From NCBI GenBank assembly GCA_046726415.1, contig JBKPAK010000303.1, forward strand, positions 1 to 38,437: 38,437 nucleotides of DNA, in the 5' to 3' direction. Of the stretch, positions 9,232 to 19,595 are shown piece by piece (position 1 is the stretch's first letter; every line of letters begins with the position of its first letter). The stretch comes from Candidatus Methylomirabilota bacterium. Lineage in GTDB: Bacteria; Methylomirabilota; Methylomirabilia; Rokubacteriales; CSP1-6. The position numbers and the translations under genes were made by a program. The notes beneath the pieces were generated by a model. That model searched no databases. It was not told the DNA's origin and was given only the letters and a program-made list of their open reading frames with translations.

Positions 9232-9596
9232 GCCCGCCCTCCCGCCCGATCGGAACACGGCAGCGGCCGGTTCTCGCGTTCCGCCCCCGGTAACAGACGA
9301 TTCTTGCCCTCGGTCCGCCGTAGACGGTCATTGACACCGACCGCTTTGGCGAGCATTTCGGCCACGTCCCCGGGCACAGGGGATGAACTCGCGTTGTGGA
9401 GAAACCTCGACCGCCGGCTGAACCTTGCCGGCTACTGGGCCCTGTACCTCAATCGAGGCAATACGGCCGAGGCGTGGATCCCGCGACGAGTGAACAGGCC
9501 TCGTTGGACCATCAGGCATCCGGGAGCAGCCGGTGGCAGTCGATAACGTTCCACTGAGGAGCTATCTGACATGGAGCGGAGGGGGGTCGCTAAGCC

Positions 9597-10937
9597 ATGA
9601 ACAGGATTGCACTGAGGCTGTTCGCGGTGTTCACCGCTCTTGGAGGCTTGTTTACCCTGCCGGCGTCAGGAGCTCCCGTGGGGGAGACCGGGGACGGGAC
9701 ACCGGCCTGGGCGCTGGAGAGTACATGCACGTACCGCCAGGATGGGCAGGGTTGGGTCGTGACAATACACACCGAAGGTCAGCAGCCAGTTTCGTCCCAC
9801 GTCTCTCAAAACCCCAGCGCGTGGTGTACTTTAGAAGGTTCGCCGACTCCTCCCCCGCCGGTGGTGAGTCCACCTTCTCCACCACTCCCTCCTCCCCCAC
9901 CGCCGCCGGCCCCGACTCCTTCACCTCCCCCCCCACCCCCTTCTTCTCAGTTTCCCCCGGACTGCGCTCTCACCATCCAGGCTGGTCTCCCCGCCCAGAC
10001 GTTCGACACGATGTTGCGGTCGCGAGCCATGGCGGGTGAGGAGAACCTCAAAGTCTGCTTGTCCTCTGGCGTGCACGAGACAGAGGGGATCGGCGATTAC
10101 GACCTAGTGCCGCCACGCGGTTTCCGGCTCGGCCGTGGGTGGAAGTTCATTGGTGCGGGGGTTGATCAGACGGTCCTGCGCCTGACGAACGTTTTCCAGC
10201 AGGGCACGCTAGGGGTCACCAACGGGCTCATCGGCTCCCATTCCGACAACAGCTCTGACGTCGAGATCGCGCATATGTGGCTGGACGGGAACTACCCGCC
10301 CCTTAAAGGATTGGCTAACCAGCGCGGCACGAGCGCGATCAACGTGGTAGGGATCTGGTTCCCGACAAACGAGGGGCGGGTCTGGGTTCATGACATCAAG
10401 GTCAGCGGCCTCGCCGGTGAGTGGTACGAGTCGTGGGCCGTCCATATCGGCAAAGTCCACTTGGAAGATCCCATCAGAGCCAAGGGGATTGTCATTGAGC
10501 GCGTGCAAACCCTTGGCCCGTTCAGAGGTCCCATCGGCGGAAGCATCGGCTGTTTCCATTGTGAGGACAGTGTGATCAGACACAGTATCGCCGAACGAGT
10601 CCCAGGCGGATTCAGCGGGTTTTCAATGCAGAGGGTGACCTTTCACGACAACGTCGCACGCGACGTCGAGAGCGGAATTGGCGCTGATTCCCTTAAGAAC
10701 TTCGACGTGGTTATCACCAGGAATACCATCGATGCCTCTTCGTATGGTGTGATGGTCGGAGGAGGCGACGTGTACGACCGCTTCGTAATTACTGATAACG
10801 TTATTCGCACAGATAACCGAGGAGTTCTCTTCAACGGCAATGTTACCAATAGCGTGGTACGCGGCAACTATATCGATGCGCCAATCCCGTTCAGTGAACT
10901 GAACGAGGGAAACAGTGGGAACACATACGTTCACTGA
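9597..10937 (+). CDS. Secreted right-handed parallel beta-helix (pectin-lyase-fold) protein with a Pro-rich linker
   Basis: Signal peptide, poly-Pro linker, GAGVDQTVLRL start of helix, repeated ITRNTI / ITDNVI / VRGNYI Asn-ladder coils; RBS GGAGG. Confidence 0.8.
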   Translation: MNRIALRLFAVFTALGGLFTLPASGAPVGETGDGTPAWALESTCTYRQDGQGWVVTIHTEGQQPVSSHVSQNPSAWCTLEGSPTPPPPVVSPPSPPLPPPPPPPAPTPSPPPPPPSSQFPPDCALTIQAGLPAQTFDTMLRSRAMAGEENLKVCLSSGVHETEGIGDYDLVPPRGFRLGRGWKFIGAGVDQTVLRLTNVFQQGTLGVTNGLIGSHSDNSSDVEIAHMWLDGNYPPLKGLANQRGTSAINVVGIWFPTNEGRVWVHDIKVSGLAGEWYESWAVHIGKVHLEDPIRAKGIVIERVQTLGPFRGPIGGSIGCFHCEDSVIRHSIAERVPGGFSGFSMQRVTFHDNVARDVESGIGADSLKNFDVVITRNTIDASSYGVMVGGGDVYDRFVITDNVIRTDNRGVLFNGNVTNSVVRGNYIDAPIPFSELNEGNSGNTYVH

Positions 10938-11128
10938 TGATCCACACGAACCGTAGCGTGCGAATAGCCGGTACCGGCTCGTAAGTGCCGGCTAGATGTG
11001 TTTCGAACGAGGATTTGATCGCCAACGGCGTGCCCTCTGATGCCGATTGTATCCAGGAGAATCTCGGGATCGAGAGGCGACACATTGTCGAGACAGAACA
11101 AACATCTGACCTGGCTTACGAGGCGGCC
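10937..11128 (+). pseudogene. fabH: 3-oxoacyl-ACP synthase III (FabH-like) N-terminal fragment
   Basis: MIHTNRSVRIAGTGS*VPARCVSNEDL...LGIERRHIV...TSDLAYEAA, with an internal TAA at 10982 and truncation at repeat copy 2; coupled to the upstream gene by TGATG. Confidence 0.8.
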
Positions 11129-11178
11129 GAGCATAGACGAGACAAAGGCCCAGTTGACGGAACAGGCGTTCCCGGCAC
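11129..11178 (+). repeat. 50-bp direct repeat, copy 2
   Basis: GAGCATAGACGAGACAAAGGCCCAGTTGACGGAACAGGCGTTCCCGGCAC. Confidence 0.9.
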
Positions 11179-11365
11179 CTCCGCTGCCCTACTGGGGGCT
11201 CCAGCGGGCGGCGCTGTGCCTAGCTCGGCGCTGGGGCTGACATCAAAGGGGACGGGGCCCAATAGCGGGTGAGCGAGGGCGGAGGGCGTTCATGTTGCCT
11301 ACGCTCTCAGTGATGAACCATCGCGCGCGGGATGCTGGTGGAAGGCCGGAAGGAGAGTCAATACG

Positions 11366-13489
11366 ATGGCTCGGTGTTCAGGGTACTTTGTGGTGAGCGG
11401 CCAGCGCATGCGTTGGCCGCGAAGGGGCCGCGTCTCGATATCTCCAGGCTTGGTCGCCTGTGCCATCGCCGCGCTCGGCCTCTGGCTCCGCCTCCACGAC
11501 CTCGACCGCAAGAGCTTCTGGCTGGACGAAGTCCTGAGTGCCAATGCGATCCGGTATGAGAGTTTCGGGGACTTGATCGGCTGGGTACGGAACTGGCCGA
11601 TCCCACCGTTGTCCTATGTGATCACTTGGGCTCTGCGGGGCCTCGGTGGCGGCGAGATGGCGATACGCCTGCCCTCTGCAGTCGCCGGGGCGGCCACTGT
11701 GCTGGCCGTTTATGCCGTCGGACGTGTACTCTTCCGACCCCGGGTCGGTCTCCTCGCCGCCTTGTTTATGGCAGTGCTCCCGTTCTCGGTGTCTTACGGC
11801 CAGGAGGCGCGCCCTTACGCCCTCTTGATGCTCTTCACGACGCTCCAGATGCTGGCCGCGTATCGCGCCGCCACGCGCTCTCAGAGCGCGGACTGGGCGC
11901 GATTCGCCATCTTCTCCCTCGCCAACCTCTACACGCATTACCTGGCCATTCCGGCCACCGCTGCAGCCTGCGCGTATCTCGGCCTCGTCCTTCTCGTCGA
12001 TTGGAGGAGCGGCGGGGGGAGCGGGCCAGCGCTCGCGCGAAAGGGTGCCCTGACGGCCGCCGCCATCGCAGCGGGCTATCTGCCTTGGCTGTTCGACCTC
12101 ATCGGATTCCTGAGGCGGTCCGACCTCGGTCTAGGTGGCTTGCCGGCCAAGGCGCACGTCGACGGCCGCGAAGTGCTGGCCCTCCTCAAGGCGCTCGACT
12201 TCTCCGGTTTTGTTCTGCCGCTACTCTTGGTGGGCATCGCCACCGCCGCCTCATGGTCGCTGTCGTCGCGGTGGCGCGGGGCGGCCCTCATGCTGCTCTG
12301 GGCGGGGCTGCCGACGGTGGCCTTCTGGCTCAAAGCTGGAGGGGGTCTTGTCGCTATCCAGCCCCGCTATCTGAGCTTCCTGTTCCCAGCCGGCGTGCTG
12401 TTCGCCGCGCTTGGCGTAGAGGGCGTCGCGCTAGCCGCCGACCGCGCCCTCTGCTTCGTGGTCGACGCGTCGTTGTGGCGAACTCGTCCCATCAGGAACG
12501 CCTCTCCGCCGTCTCGAGATCGTGCGTCCTCCTGGCGTCGCAGCCTCGTCGTCTTCGGTAGCTATACGGCCGTAGTGGCGGCGGTGACCGTGCAGCTCCC
12601 GGAGCTCACCGTCGTTTATGCCCATCCCAAGGACGACTACCGGGGAGTTGCGGCTCACCTGATAGCGGTCAGTTCGCCCGAGGCGGTCGTACTCGCCATA
12701 GGCCACCACAGCGAATTCATCATCTGGGGCCTCGACTTCTACCTGTGGCGCCAGCGCTCTCCAATCGCAGTCTTCGATGCCGCCAGGCTTGATGATCGCG
12801 TGGTGAGGCGACTCCAGATCTCCCGGGGCGAGGTGTGGGCGGCGGTGTTCCACGGGCCCCCGACTGAGGTTCCGACGGCAGGGCTCTCGCTCGCGCGGTT
12901 CACCGGAATCGGCCTGATACGCCCGAACGGGAGCAGCGTGGAACCGATGAGGGACGCCGAGGCGCTACTCACCTGGGCGCGCCGTCTCCATCCGTCCTTG
13001 GCGGGGTCGGCGGACATCCTCCATGCGCTCTCGACCGGGCTGAACCTCGGCCCCAGCATGCTGCCGCCCGCCGGCACAGCCATTGCCCCCTCCACCGGGC
13101 GGGTACGAGAGTCGTGGACCCTTCGGGCTCGAGCGGAGATCGTAGGCGCGGTCTTTCGTTTGCTGTCTGGTTCGCGTGTCGATGTCACCTTCGAGACGGC
13201 GCGCATTGAGCCAGGGTCGAGCTACGTGATCTCCTTTCGTTACCGTACGCCAGATCGCCGCGGGCGACCGCGGGTTTATGTGTCGACGCACCACCAAGAT
13301 GGCGACTGGCTCGAGATTTTCCCGACGGGCGCAGGCTATCCTTGTGCCCTCAGCGTGGAGTGGACTTATGGGGCTTACGGCTTCACGGTACCGTCCGAGG
13401 CCCGATCGCTCGTCGTCTGGCTGCGCGCCGAGGGCGGCCTCGCCGAGTTCAGGGACGTCGAGCTGCGGCCAGTCATCCGCGGACCTTGA
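11366..13489 (+). CDS. GT-C fold membrane glycosyltransferase (PMT_2/GT39-GT83-like) with a C-terminal CBM-like domain
   Basis: LRLHDLDRKSFWLDE, PPLSY, IRLPSAVAG, YGQEARPYAL, LYTHY motifs; many TM helices; C-terminal beta-sandwich ending AEFRDVELR. Start uncertain (1408-type internal ATG alternatives exist). Confidence 0.85.
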   Translation: MARCSGYFVVSGQRMRWPRRGRVSISPGLVACAIAALGLWLRLHDLDRKSFWLDEVLSANAIRYESFGDLIGWVRNWPIPPLSYVITWALRGLGGGEMAIRLPSAVAGAATVLAVYAVGRVLFRPRVGLLAALFMAVLPFSVSYGQEARPYALLMLFTTLQMLAAYRAATRSQSADWARFAIFSLANLYTHYLAIPATAAACAYLGLVLLVDWRSGGGSGPALARKGALTAAAIAAGYLPWLFDLIGFLRRSDLGLGGLPAKAHVDGREVLALLKALDFSGFVLPLLLVGIATAASWSLSSRWRGAALMLLWAGLPTVAFWLKAGGGLVAIQPRYLSFLFPAGVLFAALGVEGVALAADRALCFVVDASLWRTRPIRNASPPSRDRASSWRRSLVVFGSYTAVVAAVTVQLPELTVVYAHPKDDYRGVAAHLIAVSSPEAVVLAIGHHSEFIIWGLDFYLWRQRSPIAVFDAARLDDRVVRRLQISRGEVWAAVFHGPPTEVPTAGLSLARFTGIGLIRPNGSSVEPMRDAEALLTWARRLHPSLAGSADILHALSTGLNLGPSMLPPAGTAIAPSTGRVRESWTLRARAEIVGAVFRLLSGSRVDVTFETARIEPGSSYVISFRYRTPDRRGRPRVYVSTHHQDGDWLEIFPTGAGYPCALSVEWTYGAYGFTVPSEARSLVVWLRAEGGLAEFRDVELRPVIRGP

Positions 13490-15087
13490 CGGCGTCTTCC
13501 TCGCCGGCCGCGGCGCCCACCGCCGGTTGCGGTGGGTCGAGATCGCCGCCCTGTCGACCTGCTGTTCATCGTGTTCAAGCAGGGCCTCGTCCGTCACGAG
13601 GATTGGCACGCGCCGATCGCCGCCCGCGGCATGCTCGCCCTCGCCCTCGTGTCTCTCGAGCACGCTCTTCAGCTGGCGCCATCTCTCTCATCACGCCGTC
13701 GCGTGCTATGGCGTCGCGCTGATCGCCGCCGGTGGCGGCGCCGCGCTTCTCCGCTATCCAGAGCCGTCGCCCGGCCTCGCCGATCGGGCCGCGGCCCTGC
13801 TGACGATCCGCGCCTCCCTCCAGCACTACCGGCTCACCGCGGCGGCCCTGGCACGCGCGGTGGGCAGCCGGTTCGCGTTCTGTGATCTCAGAGGCCCCAC
13901 TGACCTCATCGCCTGTCGCCAGGGGATCGTCTTTGCGAACGCGCTTCCGTGGCGCCCGCGCCCGGTGTTCCAGAGCTACGCGGCCTACACGCCCGACCTA
14001 CTGCGGGACAACGCCGAGCACTACACCGGCCCGCGGGCGCCAGACAACGTCCTCTTCCAGCTTGAGACGATCGATGGCTGCTTCCCGAGCCTCGACGATT
14101 CGCTCCTGTGGCCTATCCTCCTGACGCGGTACGACATCGTCGACCTGAGATCTCCCTACCTGGTGCTCAGGAGGGCGTCCCCGCCGCGCCCGCACGTCCT
14201 GGTGCCGCTCGGCGAGTAGATGGCGAGACTCGGGGATCACGTCGCCGTCCCCGCGGCCGCCTCCGGTCTGGTGTGGGTCTCGATTGACATCGATCCCACG
14301 CTGCTCAGCCACCTCGTAGCCCTCGTCGTCAAGCCGCCCCGGCTCGCCATCGAGGTGGAGACTGGGAGCGGCCGGCGCGCGTACCGTCTGATGCCCGCGA
14401 TGGCGAAGGCGGGCTTTCTCCTCTCACCCCTCGTGGAGGACACGCTGGCCTTCGCCACGTTGGCGAGTGATGGGCGCGCGGCGCTGCTCTCGGCACAAGG
14501 CGTCCGGTCGCTGCGGGTGTTCGGTGGGACCGGGAGCTGGCTCTACGCGCAACCCATGCGCGCGTGCGCTACTGGGAGCTGTCTCTGTCCCCGTCCCTGT
14601 CACAGTCCGAGCTCTGGGGCCCTTGTTCAGGCCGACCTCGCCGCCCCCCCTGTCGGTCAAGCGGCCGGACTGGTCCGGGCCTCGGACGGCGATTCGGTGC
14701 TGCTCGCCAGGACACCAGCGCGATTTCGTGTTCGGCACCACGGCCTCGACCGACCGCGTCCGGATCGCGTTCGGGGTCGCCGCGCGGCCCAGCCACGGCC
14801 GCGCTGGCGACGGCATCGAGTTCCGCGTTCTCCACCCAGCCGGACGGCGCGCTCTTGTGGTCCCGGCGCGTAACGGTGGCGCAATCGCCGGCACACGAGA
14901 ACGCCCTGGTCGCGACGGTGCCGATGCCGGCAGGGCAGCGCGGCCAGGCGGTGGCCATCGAGGCCGTTCCCGTCACCCCTACCGATCCCGCGGCCTGGTC
15001 GTTTGGTCGCGCATCGAGCTCCTCGCCCCCAGAGCGGCGCCTCCCCTGGCCCCGATCCCAGCGGCTCGTCAATGTGGACTGCGATGA
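13490..15087 (+). pseudogene. Degraded membrane protein (probable GT-C-associated), several frameshifts and stops
   Basis: FKQGLVRHEDWH, RPRPVFQSYAAYTPDLLRDNAEHY...ETIDGCFPSLDD, YRLMPAMAKAGFLLSPLV, GDGIEF across different frames. Confidence 0.6.
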
Positions 15088-15201
15088 GCGCCGCTCCCTC
15101 GGGCCGAGCGCGGGGATGCGGCGGGGCAGGTCCTGGGCGAGCCTCCCGACCTGTGTTCTACTGCACGGGAGGACGGGGACGGGGCGTGCGCTGATCACCC
15201 G

Positions 15202-16269
15202 ATGAAGATCCTGGTCACGGGCGTCTGTGGCTTTGTCGGTAGCGGCCTGGCGCGCGCGCTGCGCGAGGCGCTGCCCGACGCCAACGTGTTCGGCATCGAC
15301 AGCCTGGTTCGCCCGGGGAGCGAGGGCAACCGGACCCTCCTGCGTCACGCCGGCATCCGGGTTGTGCACGGCGACCTCCGATGTGCCAGCGACCTGGAGG
15401 GGCTGCCCGACGCGGACTGGGTGATCGATGCGGCGGCAAACCCGAGCGTCCTCGGCGGCATCGACGGAAGGTCGACGGCGCGCCAGGTGCTCGAGCACAA
15501 CCTGCTGGCCACGGTCAACGTCCTCGAGTACTGCCGTCGCGCCCGGGCCGGATTGATCCTCCTGAGCACGAGCCGTGTGTACTCGATCCCGCCTCTCGCC
15601 GCGCTGCCCGTGCGAGCCGAGGGCCTGCGGCTCGCCCTGGCCGACGGCCCTCTTCCCGACGGCATCAGCCCGCACGGCATCGATGAGCGCTTCAGCACCG
15701 CGCCTCCGGTGTCCCTGTACGGCTCCACTAAGCTCGCCTCCGAGCATCTGGCCCTCGAGTATGGCGGAGCCTTCGCCTTTCCGGTGTGGATCAACCGCTG
15801 TGGTGTGCTGGCCGGCGCCCGCCAATTCGGCACCTCTGAGCAGGGCATCTTCTCCTACTGGGTGCATGCCTGGCGCCGCCCGACTGCGCTGCGCTATCTT
15901 GGCTTCGGGGGCGTGGGTGCGCAGGTCCGCGATGCGCTGCACCCCACGGATCTCGCCGAGCTCATCCTGCGCCAGATGCGCGGGCCGGGTGGGGCGGACT
16001 GCCCGCGCATCTCGAACGTCGCCGGCGGGGCGGGCAACGCCATGTCCCTGGCCGAACTGAGCGCCTGGTGCGCGGCGCGGTTCGGCGCGCGGCAGGTCGC
16101 GGGCGAGCCCACGCCACGGCCCTTCGACATCCCCTGGCTCGTGCTCGACTGTCGACAGGCGCATCGGCTCTGGGCGTGGAAGCCGGCGCGTACGATCGCC
16201 TCTATCCTGGACGAGATCGCCGTCTTCGCCGAGCAGAACCCGCACTGGCTGGAACTGAGCAGCGCATGA
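15202..16269 (+). CDS. NAD-dependent epimerase/dehydratase, CDP-paratose 2-epimerase-like
   Basis: TGVCGFVG Rossmann motif, STSRVY, YGSTK catalytic motif, QVRDALH. Confidence 0.9.
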   Translation: MKILVTGVCGFVGSGLARALREALPDANVFGIDSLVRPGSEGNRTLLRHAGIRVVHGDLRCASDLEGLPDADWVIDAAANPSVLGGIDGRSTARQVLEHNLLATVNVLEYCRRARAGLILLSTSRVYSIPPLAALPVRAEGLRLALADGPLPDGISPHGIDERFSTAPPVSLYGSTKLASEHLALEYGGAFAFPVWINRCGVLAGARQFGTSEQGIFSYWVHAWRRPTALRYLGFGGVGAQVRDALHPTDLAELILRQMRGPGGADCPRISNVAGGAGNAMSLAELSAWCAARFGARQVAGEPTPRPFDIPWLVLDCRQAHRLWAWKPARTIASILDEIAVFAEQNPHWLELSSA

Positions 16270-17165
16270 CGGAGAGGTATGCCATGGACAGGCGAGAGCA
16301 GCTCGCCGTCGTCCCTGCCCACGTGATGCGGTCAGGTCAGGAGGCGCCGCAGGCCACCCTGTCCCTTTTGAGCGTCGTGATTCCGGCCCAGAACGAGGAG
16401 GGGTGCATCGCCTCGACCGTGGAACACCTCCACCTCGAGCTTCGCCTTCACGGGGTTCCCCACGAGATCGTCGTCGTCGACGATGGGAGCACCGACGGCA
16501 CGTGGAGCCGGCTCCAGGAGTTGCGACAGCGAATCCCCGAGGTGCTCGCGCTCCAGAACACGGAGCGACACGGGTTCGGCCGGGCCGTCACTCACGGCCT
16601 CGACCACATGCGCGGCGACGCCGCCGTCATCATGATGGCCGACGAGTCCGACGACTGCCGTGATGTCGTCCGGTACTGGACGCTGCTCAACGAGGGCTGG
16701 GACTGCGTCTTTGGAAGCCGCTTCGTGCGGGGGGGCGGCGTGATCGACTACCCATGGCTCAAGTTGCGGGTGAATCGCATGGCCAACCTCTTTCTCCGCG
16801 GCTTCTTCGCCATCCGGCTGAACGACACCACCAACGCCTTCAAGGCCTACCGCCGGACGGTGATCGAGGGGTGCCGCCCCCTCATCTCCCCGCACTTCAA
16901 CCTCACGGTCGAGCTGCCCCTGAAGGCCATCGTCCGCGGCTACTCCTGGACGGTCGTGCCCGTCACCTGGCGCAACCGCCGAGTCGGGGAGGGAAAGCTC
17001 AGGATTAAGGAGATGGGCACTCGATACCTGTTCGTCTGCCTCTACGTGTGGCTGGAGAAGTACCTGAGCCGTGGGGACTACCGCAAGGAGGCGTCCCTGG
17101 TGTCGTCTCGGCCGCGCGCGGACGCCGCCGCACACTCCGACCGACACGGGGAGGGGCGGTCATGA
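16266..17165 (+). CDS. GT2 glycosyltransferase, polyprenol-phosphate/DPM1-like
   Basis: [48 protein letters not shown] overlap with the upstream stop. Confidence 0.9.
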   Translation: MTERYAMDRREQLAVVPAHVMRSGQEAPQATLSLLSVVIPAQNEEGCIASTVEHLHLELRLHGVPHEIVVVDDGSTDGTWSRLQELRQRIPEVLALQNTERHGFGRAVTHGLDHMRGDAAVIMMADESDDCRDVVRYWTLLNEGWDCVFGSRFVRGGGVIDYPWLKLRVNRMANLFLRGFFAIRLNDTTNAFKAYRRTVIEGCRPLISPHFNLTVELPLKAIVRGYSWTVVPVTWRNRRVGEGKLRIKEMGTRYLFVCLYVWLEKYLSRGDYRKEASLVSSRPRADAAAHSDRHGEGRS

Positions 17166-18226
17166 GTGTTGCAGTGGTGACCGGGGCGGCCGGGCTGATC
17201 GGAGCCCAGGCCGTGAGGACCTTGACCGAACGCGGGCTCACGGTGGTCGGCATCGACAACGATATGCGCCGCGCCTTCTTCGGCGAGGAGGGGAGCACGC
17301 GGTGGCAGCGCCGGGCCCTCGAGCGCGACGTGGCGGGATACCGTCACCTCGACGCCGATATCCGCGATTGGGACACCATCCAACGAGAGTTTCGCCGCTA
17401 CGGCCGCGACGTCGCCGCCGTCATCCACTGCGCGGCGCAGCCCTCGCACGACTGGGCCGCCTCTGCCCCCCTTGTCGACTTCACGGTCAACGCCAACGGG
17501 ACGCTGAACCTCCTCGAGGCGACCCGGGCCCACTGTCCCGACGCCGTGTTCATCTTCACCAGCACCAACAAGGTCTACGGTGACCGGCCCAATGCGTTGC
17601 CCCTGGTCGAGCAGGACACGCGGTACGAGCTCGTGCCCGACCACCCGTACGCCGCCCACGGGATCGACGAGTCGATGTCGATCGATGCGAGCCTCCACAG
17701 CCTTTTCGGGGTGTCGAAGGTGGCCGCCGACATACTTGTGCAGGAATACGGGCGCTACTTCGGCCTCGCCACCGCCTGCTTCCGGGCCGGCTGTCTCACC
17801 GGCTCCGGGCACTCGGCCACCCAGCTCCACGGCTTCCTCGCGTATCTGGTGAAGTGTGCCGTCACCGAAACGCCTTACACGGTCTTCGGCTACAAGGGCA
17901 AGCAGGTCCGGGACAACATTCACGCCCAGGATCTGGTCGAGGCCTTCTGGTGCTTCTTCCGCCGCCCGCGCTCCGGCGAGGTTTTCAACATCGGGGGCGG
18001 GCGCCATGCCAACTGCTCCATGCTGGAAGCGATCGCCCTGACCGAGGAGCTCACCGGGCGCCCCATGAAGTGGTCGTACCGGAAGGGGAGCCGGACCGGC
18101 GACCACATCTGGTGGATCAGCGACGTGAGGAAATTCCAGGGCCTCTATCCGGAGTGGGGCTGCACCCATGACATCCGCGCCATCGTGAAGGAGATCCACG
18201 AGGGGCTCACCGAGCGCCTTCGCTGA
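17162..18226 (+). CDS. NAD-dependent epimerase/dehydratase, CDP-paratose 2-epimerase (RfbE/Tyv)-like
   Basis: [50 protein letters not shown] overlap. Confidence 0.9.
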   Translation: MSVAVVTGAAGLIGAQAVRTLTERGLTVVGIDNDMRRAFFGEEGSTRWQRRALERDVAGYRHLDADIRDWDTIQREFRRYGRDVAAVIHCAAQPSHDWAASAPLVDFTVNANGTLNLLEATRAHCPDAVFIFTSTNKVYGDRPNALPLVEQDTRYELVPDHPYAAHGIDESMSIDASLHSLFGVSKVAADILVQEYGRYFGLATACFRAGCLTGSGHSATQLHGFLAYLVKCAVTETPYTVFGYKGKQVRDNIHAQDLVEAFWCFFRRPRSGEVFNIGGGRHANCSMLEAIALTEELTGRPMKWSYRKGSRTGDHIWWISDVRKFQGLYPEWGCTHDIRAIVKEIHEGLTERLR

Positions 18227-18227
18227 C

Positions 18228-18908
18228 ATGGACGGCCCCCGTCTGTACTCGCTCCGGTTCGACCCGGCCGAGAAGGAGCGCAAGAACCGCATCTGGCGCG
18301 TGCTGTGCAGCAGCTTCTTCCAGCGGTACGTCCAGGCGGACGACACGGTCCTCGATCTCGGGGCGGGCTACTGCGAGTTCATCAACAACATCAGTTCCCG
18401 GCGCCGGCTGGCCCTCGACGTGAGCGAAGCCAGCCGCGACCACGCCGCCCCCGGGGTCGAGTTCATCCAGGGAGCGAGCACGGACCTGGCCATGCTGGCG
18501 GACGGAACAGTCGACGTGGTCTTCGCCAGCAACTTCTTCGAGCACCTTCCAAGCAAGCAGGACCTCCTCACCACCCTGACCGAGGTGCGGCGAGTGCTCC
18601 GCCCGGGGGGCCGCATGCTCATCCTGCAGCCGAACATCCGGTGCGTGGGAGGGGCGTACTGGGACTTCTTCGATCACCATCTACCGCTGACGGAGCGGTC
18701 GCTTGTGGAGGCGCTCCGGCTCGCGCATCTCGAGCCGATCGAGGTGCGGCCGCGCTTTCTGCCGTTCACGACCAAGAGTGCCTTGCCGCAACACCCGTTC
18801 CTCGTCTGGCTGTACCTCAAGGTGCCTTGGGTTCACCGGTTCCTGGGTGGGCAGGCCTGGGTCGTGGCCATCCGGCCGTCCGAGACGGGAGCGCCCAGCG
18901 CTCGCTGA
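18228..18908 (+). CDS. Class I SAM-dependent methyltransferase
   Basis: VLDLGAGYCEF, DVVFASNFFEHL, RRVLRPGGRMLI. Confidence 0.9.
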   Translation: MDGPRLYSLRFDPAEKERKNRIWRVLCSSFFQRYVQADDTVLDLGAGYCEFINNISSRRRLALDVSEASRDHAAPGVEFIQGASTDLAMLADGTVDVVFASNFFEHLPSKQDLLTTLTEVRRVLRPGGRMLILQPNIRCVGGAYWDFFDHHLPLTERSLVEALRLAHLEPIEVRPRFLPFTTKSALPQHPFLVWLYLKVPWVHRFLGGQAWVVAIRPSETGAPSAR

Positions 18909-19014
18909 TCCCCCGCCGGCGATCCCGCGCGCGTGCGGAAGTTCCATGGCGGCGGGGTGCGGTCGGCCCCACCTCCGAGAGCGGTCGCCCAGGAACCCGT
19001 AGGGCCACCACCCG

Positions 19015-19595
19015 CTAGCCGAACGTCTCGGCCCCTCCGGTGGGCACCACATAGCCGTGCTGACGCAACAGCGCCCGACTCAACGCGATGCCGCGGGTCC
19101 GCGTCCGCACCAACGCATCCCGTACCGCCAGCTGCGCGCGCACATGGCACTGTCCGTCCGAGAGCCGATGCGCTGGATGATAGGCTCCCAGCACGTTGGC
19201 CTCGGTCAGGGCCCGCGCATCCCGCCGATCAGTCTTCACCTTCCGCGTGCGCCTGGTATACATCGGCCCGAAGTTCGGGTCCGCACGATCACCTGGTGCC
19301 CCAGGCCCTCGAGGCCCCGCGCGACCCACTCGCTCTCCGTCGAGGCCTCCAAGAGAATACGCGCCCGCCCAGCACCTCGCCGAACCGCTCGGCCAGTGTC
19401 CGCACCCGGCGTTCAATCGGCTCCCCGTCCTCCGTCAGACGACAGATCTGCGTTTCCTTCTTGTGGACATCGATGCCAACATGTTCCATGGCTGGCCTCC
19501 CCTGTGCGGCTTCGACCGCGGATGCCCCTTGTGGGGGCGCACTCTACGCCACCCACGTCTAAGCGGGTGGCCAGCCACCGCTTCATCCCATCTAT
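19015..19595 (-). mobile_element. Partial IS110-family element: left non-coding end plus frameshifted DEDD transposase N-terminus
   Basis: MEHVGIDVHKKETQIC (start 19489), LEASTESEW, RKVKTDRRDARAL give the RuvC-like DEDD residues. Truncated before the C-terminal domain. Confidence 0.9.

Noticed and set aside
14569..18346. Long minus-strand ORFs (558, 271 and 422 aa) over the glycosylation genes
   Set aside because: Antisense shadows of well-supported plus-strand genes in high-GC DNA; no recognisable motifs.
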